This document shows positions 54,626-56,562 of a stretch of DNA of 56,562 nt, piece by piece. Source of the DNA: an uncultured Nitrospirales bacterium (GTDB taxonomy: Bacteria; UBA10199; JADGCS01); the NCBI GenBank assembly GCA_964526915.1, contig CAZGMS010000101.1, positions 1-56,562 of the forward strand, given 5' to 3'. Numbering within the stretch: the stretch's first letter is position 1; every line of letters starts with the position of its first letter. The notes beneath the pieces are model-generated. The model worked only from the letters and a program-made list of their open reading frames with translations, was not told the DNA's origin and ran no database searches. Both the position numbers and the translations under genes were made by a program.

Positions 54626-55194
54626 CCATCGTGATGAAAAAGTTTTTTTCAAAAATCGAAAAAGGACTTTTCGTAACAGAAAAAACCCTGCTCTGCGTGT
54701 GTCTGACTGTGATGCTCACGGTGGCGGCTCTGCAGGTGTTTTTGCGCAATGTGTTCGACACAGGCATCAGTTGGGCGGAGGTGTTCACGCGGCACATGGT
54801 CCTTTTTTTGTTGTTCTTTGGTGCCAGTCTGGCCACTCGGCGCAAAACTCATCTGCAGATGGACCTCTCGCACAAACTCATGCCGGCCTGTGTCAAACCG
54901 GTATTCGAGGTGTTCATTTTCATCATCTGTATCGCTGTCAATAGTCTGCTGTGCAAGGCGGCCTGGGTGTTCATGATGGGTGAGCGTGAGTCAGGGTCGG
55001 TGCTTTTTTATCAGATCCCCACGTGGTGTTTCATCGTCATCATGCCGATTGGTTTTGGTCTTATCTCACTGAGATTTGTCATTAACTTTATCCAGACGAT
55101 TCATGACCTGATCTTACGCAGGAAACCGCTTCCACCGGAATTCAGTATCCCCGAAGTGGCTATCCTCTGCTCCAAAGAGGACGATGACTCATGA
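54622..55194 (+). CDS. TRAP transporter small permease (DctQ family)
   Basis: Protein of four TM segments. The start overlaps the dctP-type gene's stop (ATGA), placing it between the P and M components. Confidence 0.8.
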   Translation: MTIVMKKFFSKIEKGLFVTEKTLLCVCLTVMLTVAALQVFLRNVFDTGISWAEVFTRHMVLFLLFFGASLATRRKTHLQMDLSHKLMPACVKPVFEVFIFIICIAVNSLLCKAAWVFMMGERESGSVLFYQIPTWCFIVIMPIGFGLISLRFVINFIQTIHDLILRRKPLPPEFSIPEVAILCSKEDDDS

Positions 55195-56459
55195 AAACCC
55201 TCCTCATCACTTTTTTTGCCCTTATCGGAACGCCGTTGTTTGTCATGTTTGGCGGCATCACGCTTTATTTGTTCATGCATGAGGGTGTGAATACGGCCGT
55301 GATCATGATTGAGTTTTACCGTTTGGCCTCGGCGCCCACGTTGAGCGCCATCCCTCTGTTCACGTTTGCCGGATTCATCCTCGCCGAAAGTGGTGCTCCC
55401 AAACGTATGGTGGATTTGGCGCAGTCCATCATCGGTTCGGTTCCCGGGGCCATGCCTGTTGTGGTGATTCTCATTTGCGCATTTTTTACGGCCTTTACGG
55501 GTGCCAGTGGAGTTACGATCATCGCTTTGGGCGGGTTGTTGTACCCTGCATTGCTCAAGGCCAAATATCATGACCGGTTTGCCATCGGGCTCGTTACGAG
55601 TTGCGGGAGTATTGGTCTGCTCCTGCCTCCGAGTCTTCCCCTGATCCTTTACGGCCTGATCGGGCAGGTCAATATTGACAAACTTTTCATTGCCGGACTG
55701 CTCCCCTCATTTTTAATTTTTACGTTGTTGGCTTTGTACAGTTATTTTGTGAGCCGCAAACAAAAGACAGAAAGAGTTTGCTTTGAGTTTTCGTATGTCT
55801 GGAAATGCATCAAAGAGGCCAAGTGGGAAATCCCTCTCCCGATCATTGTGTTGTACGGTATCTACGGAGGGATCATTACACCCAGCGAGGCCGCAGCTGT
55901 CACGGCTGTTTATGTGGTGCTCGTAGAGGTTTTCATCAAAAAAGAGATACGGCCTTTCAAGGATGTTCCCCGGATCATGGTCGAGTCCATCACGATGGTT
56001 GGCGGGATCCTCATCATTTTGGGTGTGGCGATGGGGCTGACCAGTTATCTGGTGGATCACGAAGTGCCCACAGCCATTCTGGAGTGGGTCAGGCCTCACA
56101 TCACAAGCCAGGCCATGTTTTTGCTGATGCTCAACGTCTTTTTGTTGATTGTGGGTTGTCTGATGGATATTTTTTCGGCGATCATTGTCGTGGTGCCCAT
56201 CATCACACCGATTGCCCTGCAATACGGTGTGGATCCCGTTCATCTGGGCATCATTTTTCTGACAAATCTCGAAGTGGGCTATCTGCACCCGCCGCTGGGA
56301 CTCAATCTTTTCATTGCCTCGTTCAGGTTCAAACGTTCCTTGTTTGAGCTTTACTGGGCCACGTTTCCCTTCCTGATCATTGTGCTCATCAGTCTTGTTG
56401 TGATTACTTATTGGCCATGGTTAAGTACGGGACTTGTTGAATTATTTGCCGGACATTGA
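55191..56459 (+). CDS. TRAP transporter large permease (DctM family)
   Basis: 422-aa polytopic protein with typical DctM segments (AIPLFTFAGFILAESG, FTGASGVTIIALG). The start overlaps the upstream stop. Confidence 0.88.
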   Translation: MKTLLITFFALIGTPLFVMFGGITLYLFMHEGVNTAVIMIEFYRLASAPTLSAIPLFTFAGFILAESGAPKRMVDLAQSIIGSVPGAMPVVVILICAFFTAFTGASGVTIIALGGLLYPALLKAKYHDRFAIGLVTSCGSIGLLLPPSLPLILYGLIGQVNIDKLFIAGLLPSFLIFTLLALYSYFVSRKQKTERVCFEFSYVWKCIKEAKWEIPLPIIVLYGIYGGIITPSEAAAVTAVYVVLVEVFIKKEIRPFKDVPRIMVESITMVGGILIILGVAMGLTSYLVDHEVPTAILEWVRPHITSQAMFLLMLNVFLLIVGCLMDIFSAIIVVVPIITPIALQYGVDPVHLGIIFLTNLEVGYLHPPLGLNLFIASFRFKRSLFELYWATFPFLIIVLISLVVITYWPWLSTGLVELFAGH

Positions 56460-56562
56460 AGGACATCTCTAATAACCACCATTTTCGGGGACCTCTAAAA
56501 AGTGCCCAGATGCAAGGCGCCCGCAAACCCGCAAACGGAGCGTACACGGAAGTACGTGAGTA

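Overview
Bacterial chromosomal segment from a Gram-negative-type organism: it encodes TolC, MlaC, an outer-membrane beta-barrel, RseP and a TRAP transporter, most genes have Shine-Dalgarno sites, and several promoters look sigma-54-like. A conserved core runs rpsB-tsf-pyrH-frr-uppS-cdsA-dxr-rseP-tsaB (20.6-29 kb). A second conserved block runs xerC-hslV-hslU and continues into tolC-like, mlaC-like and AlkP-family genes (31-38 kb). The left 20 kb is accessory. It holds the trailer end of a type I-E-like CRISPR array and a class II Fic gene inserted within a 67-bp duplication. It also holds an S41 peptidase and a roughly 1,560-aa beta-helix/PKD/FG-GAP surface protein interrupted by one in-frame TGA. 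The last two genes there are a 1,304-aa RecB-like nuclease plus SF1 helicase and, convergent with it and overlapping by 12 bp, a roughly 1,800-aa protein fusing an M48-type HExxH protease module to a UbiB/ABC1-type kinase-like module. That fusion and its pairing with the nuclease-helicase is my top candidate for something undescribed. The right half contains an IS200-like HUH/Y1 (RAYT-type) transposase surrounded by copies of an ATGACGGAG hairpin motif that also occurs in at least six other places in the window. It also contains sigma-54-like promoters with GTCCC/GGGAC palindromes upstream, and a KOW-protein/L28/L24 mini-operon away from any spc-operon context. Further right are a DUF4143-type AAA ATPase flanked by 95-bp duplications and a TatT-associated TRAP transporter. 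Other oddities are GATC-containing heptamer arrays around hslV and hslU, a decayed tRNA-like copy after tRNA-Arg(CCG), and a terminator-capped structured element upstream of rpsB. All domain calls come from reading motifs by eye; no searches were run.
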